Source: a virus. From it: a DNA stretch of 64,000 nucleotides. A program made the position numbers and the translations under genes. The notes beneath the pieces are model-generated. The model ran no database searches. It was not told where the DNA came from and saw only the letters and a program-made list of their open reading frames with translations. The DNA is taken from the IMG/VR virus record IMGVR_UViG_3300043411_001118, positions 1 to 64,000 of that record; one strand, written 5' to 3'. Below, piece after piece: positions 29,829 to 40,025 of the stretch. Every line of letters begins with the position of its first letter. The first letter of the stretch is position 1.

Positions 29829-30127
29829 TAGTAATCTTGGATGATAAGAACAACAGTATCTATTAGCACAGAAGCGTCCGATAGGGTAATCTCATAATTT
29901 AGTTTTGCTCTCATTCCACTCGTTCCACCTTCCAAAACCACACCAACCCTCTCTCCATCAATGTCTTCGCTATTGTCTTGGATTAGCGTAGCAGTCAAAT
30001 CGTTTCCATCAAAATCAGCCGCCGTAACGGACAGGCTTTCAATGGTTGTTCCTGGTGGAAGTTGATTTTTGAAGTTGACATAAAGTGGTCGAACTTCTCC
30101 AGATTGCTTGGTGATTGGGATTGCCAT
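29828..30127 (-). CDS. putative fibre/tail adaptor protein
   Basis: KQ.GE.R...V.F...L..GG..G pattern; TAAATA 6 nt before ATG. Confidence 0.5.
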   Translation of the reverse strand: MAIPITKQSGEVRPLYVNFKNQLPPGTTIESLSVTAADFDGNDLTATLIQDNSEDIDGERVGVVLEGGTSGMRAKLNYEITLSDASVLIDTVVLIIQDY

Positions 30128-30132
30128 ATCAA

Positions 30133-31812
30133 CTATTTAGAGGCTTCAACATCATAAATTCTATGACGTGATACTGGTTCAATATCAACCGTTTTTGCTA
30201 AAACCTCGTAAATTTTCTCTCTTGAAAACACCTCATATGTTCTTGGTTTGGCCATAACATCCATCTTATAATCTCGATTCAAAGTATATTCGTAGATATC
30301 GATTGAAGAATTGACGGCCACGATTTTGGCGGTTGATTCGACTTCATATACCCTTTTGACTGAAGGAATTTCGTGTACTTGGTTACGAGCATCCACCTCG
30401 AATATTCTTTCTCTTGCCAAAATTTCTTCGCTTCTACTACCATCGAATACTCCAGAAATTGGATGCATCGAAAAGACCACGGGTGAAGGACAAACGAAAA
30501 TTAAATTTACTGGATCAACATTGACTGTTACATAACGAACTGTTGTAACCGTGACCTCTGGAACACTGAATTGAAGATCAATCGTCCCTGCACTAATTCC
30601 GATACCAATGGCTACAGTTGGTTCATTGACCAATAAATTTAAGTCAATTGAACTAACACTAAACACATTATCAAAATGGATTTCTGGAGAAACGATATCC
30701 ATTCCCAATGACAACACATCCGGAACAACCGAAACATTTGTGATCGAAATGATTGTTGGTTCTTGAACATTCAATCCAATTGATAGACTTGGAATTTCGA
30801 ATGTCGTTCCGAATCGAATTTCTGGAGATAACAATTCGATACTCAAATTCTGTACAGAAGCAAGAATTGTCTGATATCCTCCGACCGTTGGATCTACGAC
30901 AGATAAATTTAATTCGAGTGGAGTAGCAGAAAATTCCGCTGCTGTTCCAATATTAATTGTTGGAGACTGAACACTAGAAATTAATGACAATAGATCCGCA
31001 TTGACCGTCTCATAACGAACCGTTGTAACGTCTGGAGTATATGGTGTTATATGAATTACAAATAATGGCGCGTAGATCTCTTTTGAAATACTTACAATCG
31101 GCGCATTGAGTGTACTGACTAAATTTAATGTATCGATTGGAAGTATAGACGCTGTTTGGATGACCGGATCTGGAATCGCCGACTGGAGAATTAAAGTAGA
31201 AACGTACTCATTTACTGATGTGTTAATTGTCGGCGCATTTACAACAAATTGAGCATCGAGTGTTGTTGCATTGATTTCAATATTGATTGCTGCCAAGACA
31301 ACAGGCGCAACAACCTCTGTCTGAATAACAAAAACATCAGCTTCAAATGTAACTGTAAATGTAGTATTGACGGTTGGATTGATTAAATCCAAACCAATGG
31401 TGAATACAGAAACGGTTGATATTGTCGATATCTCGATTGTTGGATTATTCAATACCGATGGAATATCGATTGGTAGAATATCAATTGAGACATTCCTAAT
31501 CGCTACAATAACAGGATCGATTATCTCAATTTGAGAACTTAGATTTAATATGTCAACAGAAATAATCGCAGATCCGTGAACGACAGGATCGATGATTTCT
31601 GATACAAGATCTAAAGTAGAAACTGCTATGTTCGGGGAAAGAATAATATCAGGAGAAACTATTTCAGACTGGAGAATTAGCTCAGGGACGGATATTGTTA
31701 CCCCAGTAGAAATTGATGGAGCTAGTAATACAACGTCAAGCAGGAATGTTGTCGCAGAAAATGACGCATCTACACTCGATGAATGAGATCGTAAAGATGT
31801 AATGATGGTCAT
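30133..31812 (-). CDS. repetitive V/I/S/T/P-rich virion fibre-like protein
   Basis: many degenerate beta repeats ending in P-T-I/V; TAAATA at 31838-31843. Confidence 0.55.
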   Translation of the reverse strand: MTIITSLRSHSSSVDASFSATTFLLDVVLLAPSISTGVTISVPELILQSEIVSPDIILSPNIAVSTLDLVSEIIDPVVHGSAIISVDILNLSSQIEIIDPVIVAIRNVSIDILPIDIPSVLNNPTIEISTISTVSVFTIGLDLINPTVNTTFTVTFEADVFVIQTEVVAPVVLAAINIEINATTLDAQFVVNAPTINTSVNEYVSTLILQSAIPDPVIQTASILPIDTLNLVSTLNAPIVSISKEIYAPLFVIHITPYTPDVTTVRYETVNADLLSLISSVQSPTINIGTAAEFSATPLELNLSVVDPTVGGYQTILASVQNLSIELLSPEIRFGTTFEIPSLSIGLNVQEPTIISITNVSVVPDVLSLGMDIVSPEIHFDNVFSVSSIDLNLLVNEPTVAIGIGISAGTIDLQFSVPEVTVTTVRYVTVNVDPVNLIFVCPSPVVFSMHPISGVFDGSRSEEILARERIFEVDARNQVHEIPSVKRVYEVESTAKIVAVNSSIDIYEYTLNRDYKMDVMAKPRTYEVFSREKIYEVLAKTVDIEPVSRHRIYDVEASK

Positions 31813-31847
31813 TAGATTACCCCAGAATTATCCTTAGTATTTAAGGA

Positions 31848-32612
31848 TTACTTAAGGGCCAGAAATTTTGCTAGAGTTAATAACTTTTGAATCCTTTCAC
31901 CAAAAGTTCCCGCATCATTGTTGTCATCTAATATTGCTGCCCATGGATTTCCAGCCGAACCAGCATCATTTAATTTTTCGCCCAATGTTCCTGGTGTATT
32001 ATAGTCACTGGCAACGGCTGACCAAACCGCCCTGGCCAATGCTGCCTCAGAAAACTCTGTTTCGTTTGTTGATAATCCAGACAAATATCCAACCGCTTTT
32101 AATATAGATGCCGGTGTTAAAACTATTGAAGTTGATCCGTGTAATCCAGCTAATGCACCGATCAATGCTGTTCCGGAAAGAGTAATTGATGCACTACCAG
32201 TTCCCGCCGCAACAGAAATTAAAACTCCTGTCTGACTAATTGTAATTGATGCACTACCAGTTCCAGAAACAATCAATCCTCCGGTAGCTGTTTCTGTAAA
32301 TGTAATTGATGAACTGCCTGATCCTGGTAATCCACCAACCAAATTAACTGTATGAGAGTAAGTAATTGTTGTATTTCTGTGCGACGATAACCCACCAGAT
32401 TTTGGTGCTAATGTCCATGTATATGGTGGTAAGTATCCACCAGAGAAAGAGGATTTGTCTGTTTCACCAGAAACAACATGATCACCAGTGTAAAAATTAT
32501 ATTTATTTGCATTTTTTAGATATATTGTTGGATCGGTTGGACCCCCAATTGCTCTGCCTGGATTTGCATTGAACACGTTGTAATTATTCAGGAGCATCTT
32601 AGCCCCATACAA
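31848..32612 (-). CDS. virion structural / fibre-cassette protein
   Basis: G/S/T-rich, AVW...GT.G motif; start may be ATG 32597. Confidence 0.55.
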   Translation of the reverse strand: MYGAKMLLNNYNVFNANPGRAIGGPTDPTIYLKNANKYNFYTGDHVVSGETDKSSFSGGYLPPYTWTLAPKSGGLSSHRNTTITYSHTVNLVGGLPGSGSSSITFTETATGGLIVSGTGSASITISQTGVLISVAAGTGSASITLSGTALIGALAGLHGSTSIVLTPASILKAVGYLSGLSTNETEFSEAALARAVWSAVASDYNTPGTLGEKLNDAGSAGNPWAAILDDNNDAGTFGERIQKLLTLAKFLALK

Positions 32613-33771
32613 AGTCTAAATGTCCGGAAAATGCTGAAGATGCTGGAGTTGCAACACCAGAACCGACTAAGAAATATAATGCCGCACCATCATAAATTCT
32701 TGGTAGACTAGGCATTTCATATAGAAAATTTCTTTCTGCTGCAAGACCCAATGTAGATAAAGGAAACCTTGCGATTTCTTTTATCAATGCAACCGTGTAT
32801 TCGTTTGATACGTAAGAAACTGAATTCTGAATTGTATTAATTTCTGCAATCCCCGCATCCCCGGCCTGAAGAGGCATTTGGTAATTATATTTTCCTGTTC
32901 CGGTTGCGCCTGTATACAAAATATGACTATTTGGTGCCGCAGTTTTTCCGATTGGTAAAACTGTGGGAGTAGCGCGTGAAGCAACTTGCGCGGAATTAGT
33001 ATACCCTAAACTCAAGTTCGGAGTAGCCGCACCCATTGCCGTTGAGTTATTATTAAAATATATCGCTTGTACTCCCGCGCCATTTGTATATCTAGGAAGC
33101 AATCGACTCATTGTATGAGTCCCTGTTCCTGTGCTTGTGATATTAATTGCAGTTCCCGCAATTGCGTTTGCGTATGATGTTGCCAACTTAAATGTTGTAT
33201 CAGATAATTTGATAAAATAATAATCTGTCGCAAGAGCAAGTCCGGCTGGTAGTGTTGTCGTTGTTGTTAAACGAACTCTCGTTCCTGTTAAAATATTGCT
33301 AGGAAAGTTTGCTGTGCTGGTATGAGTACAAATATCTGTTGTATCATCTGCTGTAAATGTATCAGATTCTCCGAGTGTATTTGTTGTTGCATCTGCTGCT
33401 GTTGATGTAACAGGGGTTTTTCTATAAAAACCGATCACGTCAACCAATGCAACGGTACAAGGAACAACCGTTGCCGCCGCACTTACACAAGATCCGTTCA
33501 GTAGATATTTGTAGTAAGTTGGTTGAACTGCTCCACCGGTTTGTAACGTTCCCGCATTTGCTGTTGTATCTTTAACTGATTGATAAACTAAAGTTGAACC
33601 AGTATTAAATAATGCATCGGCTGGTGGGTTTCCTGCACCACGAAATAGTGTGTGCCACTCGTTTGCTACAGCCGCCGCCGTTGGATTGAAGTTTTTACTC
33701 CAATTGGTTTTGAATGTTTGTCCTGCTGTTAGGGCAGAAATAATTGCATCGTTACTAGTAAATCCTGGCAT
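32599..33771 (-). CDS. virion structural / fibre-cassette protein
   Basis: LPRYTNGAGV, LQAGDAGI, TTLPAGL..TDYY; paralogous to the next ORF. Confidence 0.55.
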   Translation of the reverse strand: MPGFTSNDAIISALTAGQTFKTNWSKNFNPTAAAVANEWHTLFRGAGNPPADALFNTGSTLVYQSVKDTTANAGTLQTGGAVQPTYYKYLLNGSCVSAAATVVPCTVALVDVIGFYRKTPVTSTAADATTNTLGESDTFTADDTTDICTHTSTANFPSNILTGTRVRLTTTTTLPAGLALATDYYFIKLSDTTFKLATSYANAIAGTAINITSTGTGTHTMSRLLPRYTNGAGVQAIYFNNNSTAMGAATPNLSLGYTNSAQVASRATPTVLPIGKTAAPNSHILYTGATGTGKYNYQMPLQAGDAGIAEINTIQNSVSYVSNEYTVALIKEIARFPLSTLGLAAERNFLYEMPSLPRIYDGAALYFLVGSGVATPASSAFSGHLDFVWG

Positions 33772-33780
33772 AAATCCTCT

Positions 33781-34641
33781 CTAATTCCAAATTATTTTTA
33801 AATCACCAATTAAGGCTGTTGCTGCTAAACTTCCATTAGGAATGCATATCATATTTAAATAAGCATCATCTTTTATTTCTGGAACCGCGCCTGTTCCAAG
33901 AAAAAAATCTTTTTCATATGGCGCGGTAATTTCTTTTATCTGAGTTTGTGCTAGTGGTTTTACTAATATCAATGTAAACAATCCAACGTCCGGACCAACC
34001 ATTGTGACAGACTCGATACTTCTAACTCCGCTATCCCCATGTTGTAATCCAATAAATGGTGTTGATGTTGCCGCAGTTGATAACGATCCACATTGAATCG
34101 TCCCGATTGCAGATGCAGCATTTTGTGTAACTGTTTGTGAAGTTCTTCCAGCCACACCATCTGAATTTGTATATGTCACAAAAAACCGTTGTCCACCCGT
34201 TCGACCCGCAACAGACACCGCCAAAATCTGAACACCCTTTCCATCTGTATATCTTGGAAGTGTTACCGAATTATCCATAGTTTGAGGATCTGTTGTTGAA
34301 TCATCACAGCTTGGATAATAAAGCAAATAATCTAACAAATAAATTGGAAGTGGTAATGCCGTTACTGTGGTAGTTAATGCAGTCATCAATCTTAAATATT
34401 GAGTCATTGGAGTCGTATTTGCTCCATGAAAAATTCCACCATCTGCTGACTGACTAATTTGTTTAGCAATCAGTGGTGGAGCATCGAACCAATATTTTGG
34501 TGGTGGATTTCCTGGAGACATCGACAGATCAAACCAATGTCCAGCCGTAGTTACTTGAGATGGAGTTTTTCTCCAGGTATTTCTCCTGACTCGACCCTCA
34601 AGTTCAGCATCAACCATTTGTTTGATATTCGCCAATGTCAT
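33781..34641 (-). CDS. virion structural / fibre-cassette protein
   Basis: LPRYTDGKGV, YTNS.G..GR, LQ.GD.GVRSI. Confidence 0.55.
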   Translation of the reverse strand: MTLANIKQMVDAELEGRVRRNTWRKTPSQVTTAGHWFDLSMSPGNPPPKYWFDAPPLIAKQISQSADGGIFHGANTTPMTQYLRLMTALTTTVTALPLPIYLLDYLLYYPSCDDSTTDPQTMDNSVTLPRYTDGKGVQILAVSVAGRTGGQRFFVTYTNSDGVAGRTSQTVTQNAASAIGTIQCGSLSTAATSTPFIGLQHGDSGVRSIESVTMVGPDVGLFTLILVKPLAQTQIKEITAPYEKDFFLGTGAVPEIKDDAYLNMICIPNGSLAATALIGDLKIIWN

Positions 34642-34642
34642 A

Positions 34643-35050
34643 TTAATCTACAACAACATCCAATTCTCCAGCATTGAATTGTGGTTGAATTCCCGCAGAA
34701 ATTGAAAGTGATGCCGACAATGCTCCGGACACAATAATTTGTCCCGCGCCGTTTTGTGTTGTGCAAATTGAAAAGTGTGTGGCTGTTGCAGAACCCGCAG
34801 TACACAAAGGAAATTGTGCTAGCGCAGTATTACTTGCCTCGTTTCCGGAAATTGTAAATCCGGTCGTTCGGCTGATTGACACTCCATCATATCCGGTGTA
34901 CGCAATTTCATTTGTCACCGCTGTTCCTGCTTCTCCTGGATCACTCGAATGCAAACGAATAAAAAAGTTTGCGTTTCCTGCCCAAGCTGGTGTGCCACTA
35001 TCAAAAATGTATGTTACTAAATCTGTTTCTGTTGCGTTACTTGCTGACAT
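34643..35050 (-). CDS. small tail-fibre-associated protein
   Basis: LHSSDPGEAG..NE..Y.GY, ATHF, PQF.AG.L. Confidence 0.6.
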   Translation of the reverse strand: MSASNATETDLVTYIFDSGTPAWAGNANFFIRLHSSDPGEAGTAVTNEIAYTGYDGVSISRTTGFTISGNEASNTALAQFPLCTAGSATATHFSICTTQNGAGQIIVSGALSASLSISAGIQPQFNAGELDVVVD

Positions 35051-35061
35051 TTAATTTCCCT

Positions 35062-35364
35062 TTAAGAATATGATAGTGAAGCACGATCATCCCAGACATT
35101 ATTAAAATTTCCATCTCCATCTGCCCACAATACTGTTGCGTCAGAATTTGTTAATCTTTTGATTCTCCAAACTCCCCCCGATGTTACTGATCCAGGAACC
35201 GCATGACCTATGTATGTATAAGTAGCACCCTCATCAATCTTCACATTATATGGAGCATCTAAATCAATTCGAAGATGTTGAACGTGTTTTCCACCCCCAA
35301 CATCAGTGCTTCTGACCTCATAATCGGTCAAACCACCATTATCAATTGTTATATTATCGGCCAT
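35062..35364 (-). CDS. virion structural protein
   Basis: MADN.., YIG.A.PG...WRIKR...W.DR..L.Y; TAAATA at 35374-35379. Confidence 0.55.
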   Translation of the reverse strand: MADNITIDNGGLTDYEVRSTDVGGGKHVQHLRIDLDAPYNVKIDEGATYTYIGHAVPGSVTSGGVWRIKRLTNSDATVLWADGDGNFNNVWDDRASLSYS

Positions 35365-35414
35365 TTCTTTTGGTATTTATCGAAATAATTCCTAGATTTC
35401 GCATATATAATGTT

Positions 35415-35666
35415 ATGCCAACCTACGACTATATCTGTAGTTCTTGTCAGCACAAATTCGAAGAAATTCTAAAAATAGCTGAGAAAGAAATTCCAAATCA
35501 ATCTCCATGTCCAAACTGCAAGAAAGTCAATTGTATTGAGACTGTGATGGGCGCACCTCCAATCGGAGATCCGATCCGACTCGGAAGGAAAAAACCAAGT
35601 TCTACCTACCTAGAAAAGATGAAGATAATCAAAAAGAATCATCCTGGTGGAAGTTATCGATACTAG
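35415..35666 (+). CDS. FmdB-family zinc-ribbon protein
   Basis: MPTYDYICSSCQHKFE...CPNC. Confidence 0.85.
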   Translation: MPTYDYICSSCQHKFEEILKIAEKEIPNQSPCPNCKKVNCIETVMGAPPIGDPIRLGRKKPSSTYLEKMKIIKKNHPGGSYRY

Positions 35667-35705
35667 TTCAAAACGATAAATAACAAAGATTAATTAGGAG
35701 ACCTC

Positions 35706-36125
35706 ATGGCATCGGGAATTTATAACTCATTCAAGAAAAAAATATTAGACACCATCGATATTGATGCTCAAGCTATCAAGATCATGCTCGTTACATCGAG
35801 CTATACTCCAGATTTTGATGCTCATGATTTTAGGGATGACATCACAAACGAAGTGTCGGGAACTGGTTATAGTGCTGGTGGAGCGACCCTCGCATCTGTC
35901 ACCGTGACGCAAGATAACACCGATAATGAAGGTGTTCTGGATGCCGCTGATGTTACATGGGCATCTTCGACAATTACTGCTCGTGGTGCTGTTCTTTATT
36001 GCAACATGGGATCAGCCGCAACAGATCATTTGATTGCATACATTGATTTCGGAACCGACAAGACTTCTAGCGCCGGGGATTTCACAATTGCGTGGAATGC
36101 GGAAGGTTTGATCAATCTAACGTAA
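35706..36125 (+). CDS. small tail-fibre-associated structural protein
   Basis: IKIMLVTSSYTPD, NEVSGTGYSAGG, YIDFGTDK; TAAATA 35677-35682 and AGGAG RBS. Confidence 0.6.
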   Translation: MASGIYNSFKKKILDTIDIDAQAIKIMLVTSSYTPDFDAHDFRDDITNEVSGTGYSAGGATLASVTVTQDNTDNEGVLDAADVTWASSTITARGAVLYCNMGSAATDHLIAYIDFGTDKTSSAGDFTIAWNAEGLINLT

Positions 36126-36199
36126 CAAAATCCAATACTTAGCCCTGATTGCCGCGCAGGGGGAATTTTAAAATATTTAAGAACGAGTCAGTTAGACGT

Positions 36200-36795
36200 T
36201 CAATCGTCCATGAACAAAGTTTTTCTTCCCGATAAATCTGACAACACCAGAACTTCTTGATTCCCAAATATTTGATTTAACCGATGATAGATTTTCTGAT
36301 TTACAACGAATGTTAACAATTGATGTTCTCCCGAACGAAACCGTTCAGCTATTTCGCTCATCATCAAATCATGTATTTTTCTTTGAGTATCAACCCTAAA
36401 ATATTTCACTTCTTATCGTCCTGGATCAATCTCTCCAATCTTTTCTTAGCTGCCACTGGCAATCTTTTCATCTGTAAGACTTCATAAATCTCATCAGTCA
36501 TCTCTAAATTTTTGGATTTGAGATCGTCACGTTCATCTTCTAACTCACCAATTTCTTGTTTGGATGAATCGTCGGCTTCTCTTAACTCTTCAACTTCAGA
36601 TTGAATGATTTCGTATTGCTCGAACTGTTCAACAACCTCCACCCAATTTTTGAGGATGCGCGAAATCAAATCTAAGTCGGATGGACTTAAATTTTCTGGA
36701 TTATTTAATTTACGAATGGTATCCCCTAGCCAATTTGTATGAACTAAAGAACCACATCTGTTAAGAATCTCATCTGCAATTGCTGAATCAAACAT
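36200..36795 (-). other. two early hypothetical ORFs (36200..36409, 36406..36795)
   Basis: downstream of the promoter at 36853. Confidence 0.65.
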
Positions 36796-36823
36796 TTATA
36801 TCTCCATCATTTGTTATAATATT

Positions 36824-36853
36824 ATGATGTCACAAATCATCCAAACTTGTCAA
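36824..36853 (-). promoter_or_regulatory. sigma70-type early promoter
   Basis: TTGACA-18-CATCAT, TTTGGATGATTT spacer. Confidence 0.82.
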
Positions 36854-36861
36854 CAATAAAT

Positions 36862-37438
36862 TTATTCAACAATCAATTGCTCAACCCGGATTGCCGCCAT
36901 ATCGAGATTAGAAGCAAAATACATCGTTTTACAACCAGGACGATGGATTAAATACCTGTCCTGTTGATGTGTTGTTCTCTCTACGAGAATCCCAAACCCC
37001 TTGGCGTATTTGTTTAGAGTAGCCAGTCTGGTAGGGAACCCATAACGAATGGGAGCCGTCTTGACTGGTGTTGTTTTAATCTGAACACCAGACACATGTT
37101 TATGTTCTAACTTACGCTTCACCGATTTCCAAATCGTCAAAAGAAAATACGAAACCCTCTTTAGTTTCTTTGCAAAATCTTTTACCAACCTTTAAGTCGA
37201 GCATTTTTACAATTGAACTTGCTGCTATATTTGCAGTAGTGCAAGAATAATCCCCATTTTCATTGGGTTTAATTAATATTTCTCTAGCCTCTTTATTGAC
37301 AAGCAAATCTATCCGGGACGATTTTAACTTTCCCATAATTGCTCTATTGATCACGATTCTCCCTCCTGCCCGTGGATGAAGTCCAATCATCACAGCCGGA
37401 AGTGAATTCCGTGTCTTCTTAAATTTTTTCCAACTCAT
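36862..37438 (-). other. two early hypothetical ORFs (36862..37188 probably starting internally; 37112..37438)
   Basis: downstream of the promoter at 37501. Confidence 0.6.
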
Positions 37439-37471
37439 ATACCTATAAACCTCGCTCCAAATGTTTAATAC

Positions 37472-37501
37472 AGAATATCACAATTTCTCAATAAGTGTCA
37501 A
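37472..37501 (-). promoter_or_regulatory. sigma70-type promoter
   Basis: TTGACA-18-TATTCT with extended TG. Confidence 0.7.
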
Positions 37502-37522
37502 CATTTTTATATTAGGTGCGCG

Positions 37523-37557
37523 AAAAAGCCTTGGTCAGTTATTACGCCGACCAAGGC
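37523..37557 (-). terminator. intrinsic terminator
   Basis: GCCTTGGTC/GACCAAGGC 9-bp stem followed by T5 on the minus strand. Confidence 0.75.
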
Positions 37558-37584
37558 AACCGGAACCATAATATACTACTCAAA

Positions 37585-38079
37585 TTAAGACAAGGAAGTG
37601 TAATTATCGGATTCGCGGATCATCGTTTGCGCGGCCTTCAACCGAAACTCGATTTCGAGACCGATATATTCCTTATCGAATACTGCTTTATCCGGCGCTC
37701 CATCGAATGAAAATTCATTCAGAATTGCTTCATAAACGAACTTTCCGCGAAGGTTTCCGACATCGGAATTCTTTTGAATGTGTCTAGCCGCCCTAGTTAA
37801 CATACTTTCCAATGTTTTGAGTTTTACCACCATATCGGCATCCAGTACCGAATGAACGATATTGACCAAGGAATAGCCCAATATCGATGTATTAATGGTG
37901 AATAGGATGGTACTGTCGTCAGAGAATTTAGCTTCTCCACACATCTTATACCAAGGGACAGTCGATCCATCTCTCTTCTCAGAAGATGCATCTAGCAGCT
38001 TCGTTTTTGTGGTTTCCAAAGTAATTTTTGGAACTGATCTCTTCTTTCTTTTAGTTGTCGATTTCATATTATCCTTCAT
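37585..38079 (-). CDS. hypothetical protein
   Basis: long ORF followed by a terminator. Confidence 0.65.
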   Translation of the reverse strand: MKDNMKSTTKRKKRSVPKITLETTKTKLLDASSEKRDGSTVPWYKMCGEAKFSDDSTILFTINTSILGYSLVNIVHSVLDADMVVKLKTLESMLTRAARHIQKNSDVGNLRGKFVYEAILNEFSFDGAPDKAVFDKEYIGLEIEFRLKAAQTMIRESDNYTSLS

Positions 38080-38248
38080 TATAAATTCTTTCCTTCATAG
38101 AAGGAAAGGTCAATTAAGACAAACTAAGCTTATCAAATTTTGTGCCAGGACCGCAATGTTTTACCCCGGTTATTTTTAATAATAATAATAGAACATGATG
38201 CTCATCATAGAAAAAATTATACCATCAAAAATTAACAAAGATTAGCAA

Positions 38249-38698
38249 CTAGTAAAAAGACCTCTTACATAGCTTGACTCCACCCATATCATTTCTACGA
38301 ACCATGATTTCGGTGTTGCTTCCGAGGCAATATATGAACACCTCTGGAGTAAATAATTTAGATAGCTGTTCCGCAACTTGGTAGATATCGTGTTCGATTT
38401 CCTCTTCGATAAACCCATCACCGTCTTCCTCAGAATTCAGTTCAATCTTTACTGAGTCACTGTCAAAATTTTCAAACAATGTTATATTGTATGGACTATC
38501 AGACGAAGACGTTCTTTGTGTCTTCGTTTCTTGAGTCCACGAAACCAGCTTTAGTTGATGAAATTTATTAAAGATTGGACTGAAATATTCTTCGATGACC
38601 CATTTAAACTCATTGACGAAATTGAAATTTCTTTGTTCGCTTAGAATATTTTTTTGTTTTTGATTTAGATCAACAACCTCTTGCATTTCTTTAATCAT
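38249..38698 (-). CDS. hypothetical protein, distant paralog of 38691..39182
   Basis: F..F..L....W.Q shared pattern. Confidence 0.6.
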   Translation of the reverse strand: MIKEMQEVVDLNQKQKNILSEQRNFNFVNEFKWVIEEYFSPIFNKFHQLKLVSWTQETKTQRTSSSDSPYNITLFENFDSDSVKIELNSEEDGDGFIEEEIEHDIYQVAEQLSKLFTPEVFIYCLGSNTEIMVRRNDMGGVKLCKRSFY

Positions 38699-39182
38699 GT
38701 GAACTCACCTCGTCAATTTCTACATACACGGCCCAGGGATTCTCGTATGTATCAGAAGTTCCTTCTCCATCTAAATTTACCCCGCCGCGCCGAATGATAA
38801 TATCTTTCTCTCCGATCACATCTTCAAAAAACTTCTCTCCGACCAACCTTAAAATATCTTCTCCACAATCTGTTACGGCTGTATATTCCGTCCCTTCCAC
38901 AACCTCTCCTGTCTGAAGGAAAACATCTGGATAACTTATGTTCGTTTGAAATGTGCATGGTTCTCCGTCACAAAAATATGGGGTATATTGTGACCAACGA
39001 ATCAAATTTAGATTTTTAAATTGATTAAACAAAACCGAATATCGCTCGATCAGATAAGCAACAAATTGATCTTTGATGGTGGTTCCATCATTAAGTAAAG
39101 ATTTATATTTCTCTTGAATTTCGACCCACTCTTTAATGTGTGGATACTTATTAACTATGCTTTTTTCGGTTGTCATGAACAA
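38691..39182 (-). CDS. conserved phage hypothetical protein
   Basis: WSQYTPYFCDGEPC.F motif. Confidence 0.7.
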   Translation of the reverse strand: MFMTTEKSIVNKYPHIKEWVEIQEKYKSLLNDGTTIKDQFVAYLIERYSVLFNQFKNLNLIRWSQYTPYFCDGEPCTFQTNISYPDVFLQTGEVVEGTEYTAVTDCGEDILRLVGEKFFEDVIGEKDIIIRRGGVNLDGEGTSDTYENPWAVYVEIDEVSSHD

Positions 39183-39552
39183 TTTCCTTTTTAATTACAT
39201 TTTTCATCGAGTCGGGGATTCCGGATTTTGCATTATCCATCCAATCGACAATTTTCATTTCTGATAAAAAATCTTGTGCAGTCGGGATGAACTTCATTCT
39301 ATAATCTTCCATGACATGCTGTTCTCCGATATCACGAACGGATACTTCTTTGCCAGCAGAATTTTTAATTGTCACCCCAAATATTTTTTCTAGGATGACC
39401 GACAAAAACCAAGTGTTGTGGGTTAGCGCCCGATGTCGAACATCCCCCAATGCACCCTTCGAAGAATCCATTAATTGGTGAATCGCAATATAATCTTCCT
39501 CGACCCCACCAAAATTTTTAGCTGATGACTTTGCATGTATCCAGGGCTTCAC
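39151..39552 (-). CDS. DUF6915-like protein
   Basis: P..HAKSSAK.FGG, MDSSK, D.RHRALTH, EQHV.ED. Confidence 0.75.
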   Translation of the reverse strand: MKPWIHAKSSAKNFGGVEEDYIAIHQLMDSSKGALGDVRHRALTHNTWFLSVILEKIFGVTIKNSAGKEVSVRDIGEQHVMEDYRMKFIPTAQDFLSEMKIVDWMDNAKSGIPDSMKNVIKKEIVHDNRKKHS

Positions 39553-40025
39553 GCTACATCTCCCCCGCTATTTGCAGACTCCAATAAATCGGGGAATGCT
39601 GTCATGACTGTCTCTAAAGAAATATCAGTAAACTCTTTGTTTCGTAGCTTCTGTAGAATCTCAAATTCCCCATCATCAACCGACTCAAGCAGTTGAAGAA
39701 ATAAAGATCCCTTTCTTTCGATCTTCAAATCTCTCATTGGTTGATCTTGAAATTTAAGAAACATCGGAAACGTCCTCATTTCCTTTGCTAACTTCACACC
39801 AGTTCCGGCTGGAACTGGATGCCTTCGTTTCGGAACACCCATAATTTTTGGAAGATCAAATTGATAGTCTGGATTATATTGTACGCCCAAAATTGCTTTC
39901 AATTCGGGAACCAAATTACAATAATATTTTAATGCATCGACTCGATCTTCCTCTGGATGAGCAAGAATTTTTTCGACCATTTCGGCCATTGTATATTTGA
40001 AATCGTGAACTGGTTTTACGAACAC
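39549..40025 (-). CDS. conserved T4-like hypothetical protein downstream of RNase H
   Basis: FDLP, FLQLLE, V..AFP.L; synteny. Confidence 0.6.
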   Translation of the reverse strand: MFVKPVHDFKYTMAEMVEKILAHPEEDRVDALKYYCNLVPELKAILGVQYNPDYQFDLPKIMGVPKRRHPVPAGTGVKLAKEMRTFPMFLKFQDQPMRDLKIERKGSLFLQLLESVDDGEFEILQKLRNKEFTDISLETVMTAFPDLLESANSGGDVA

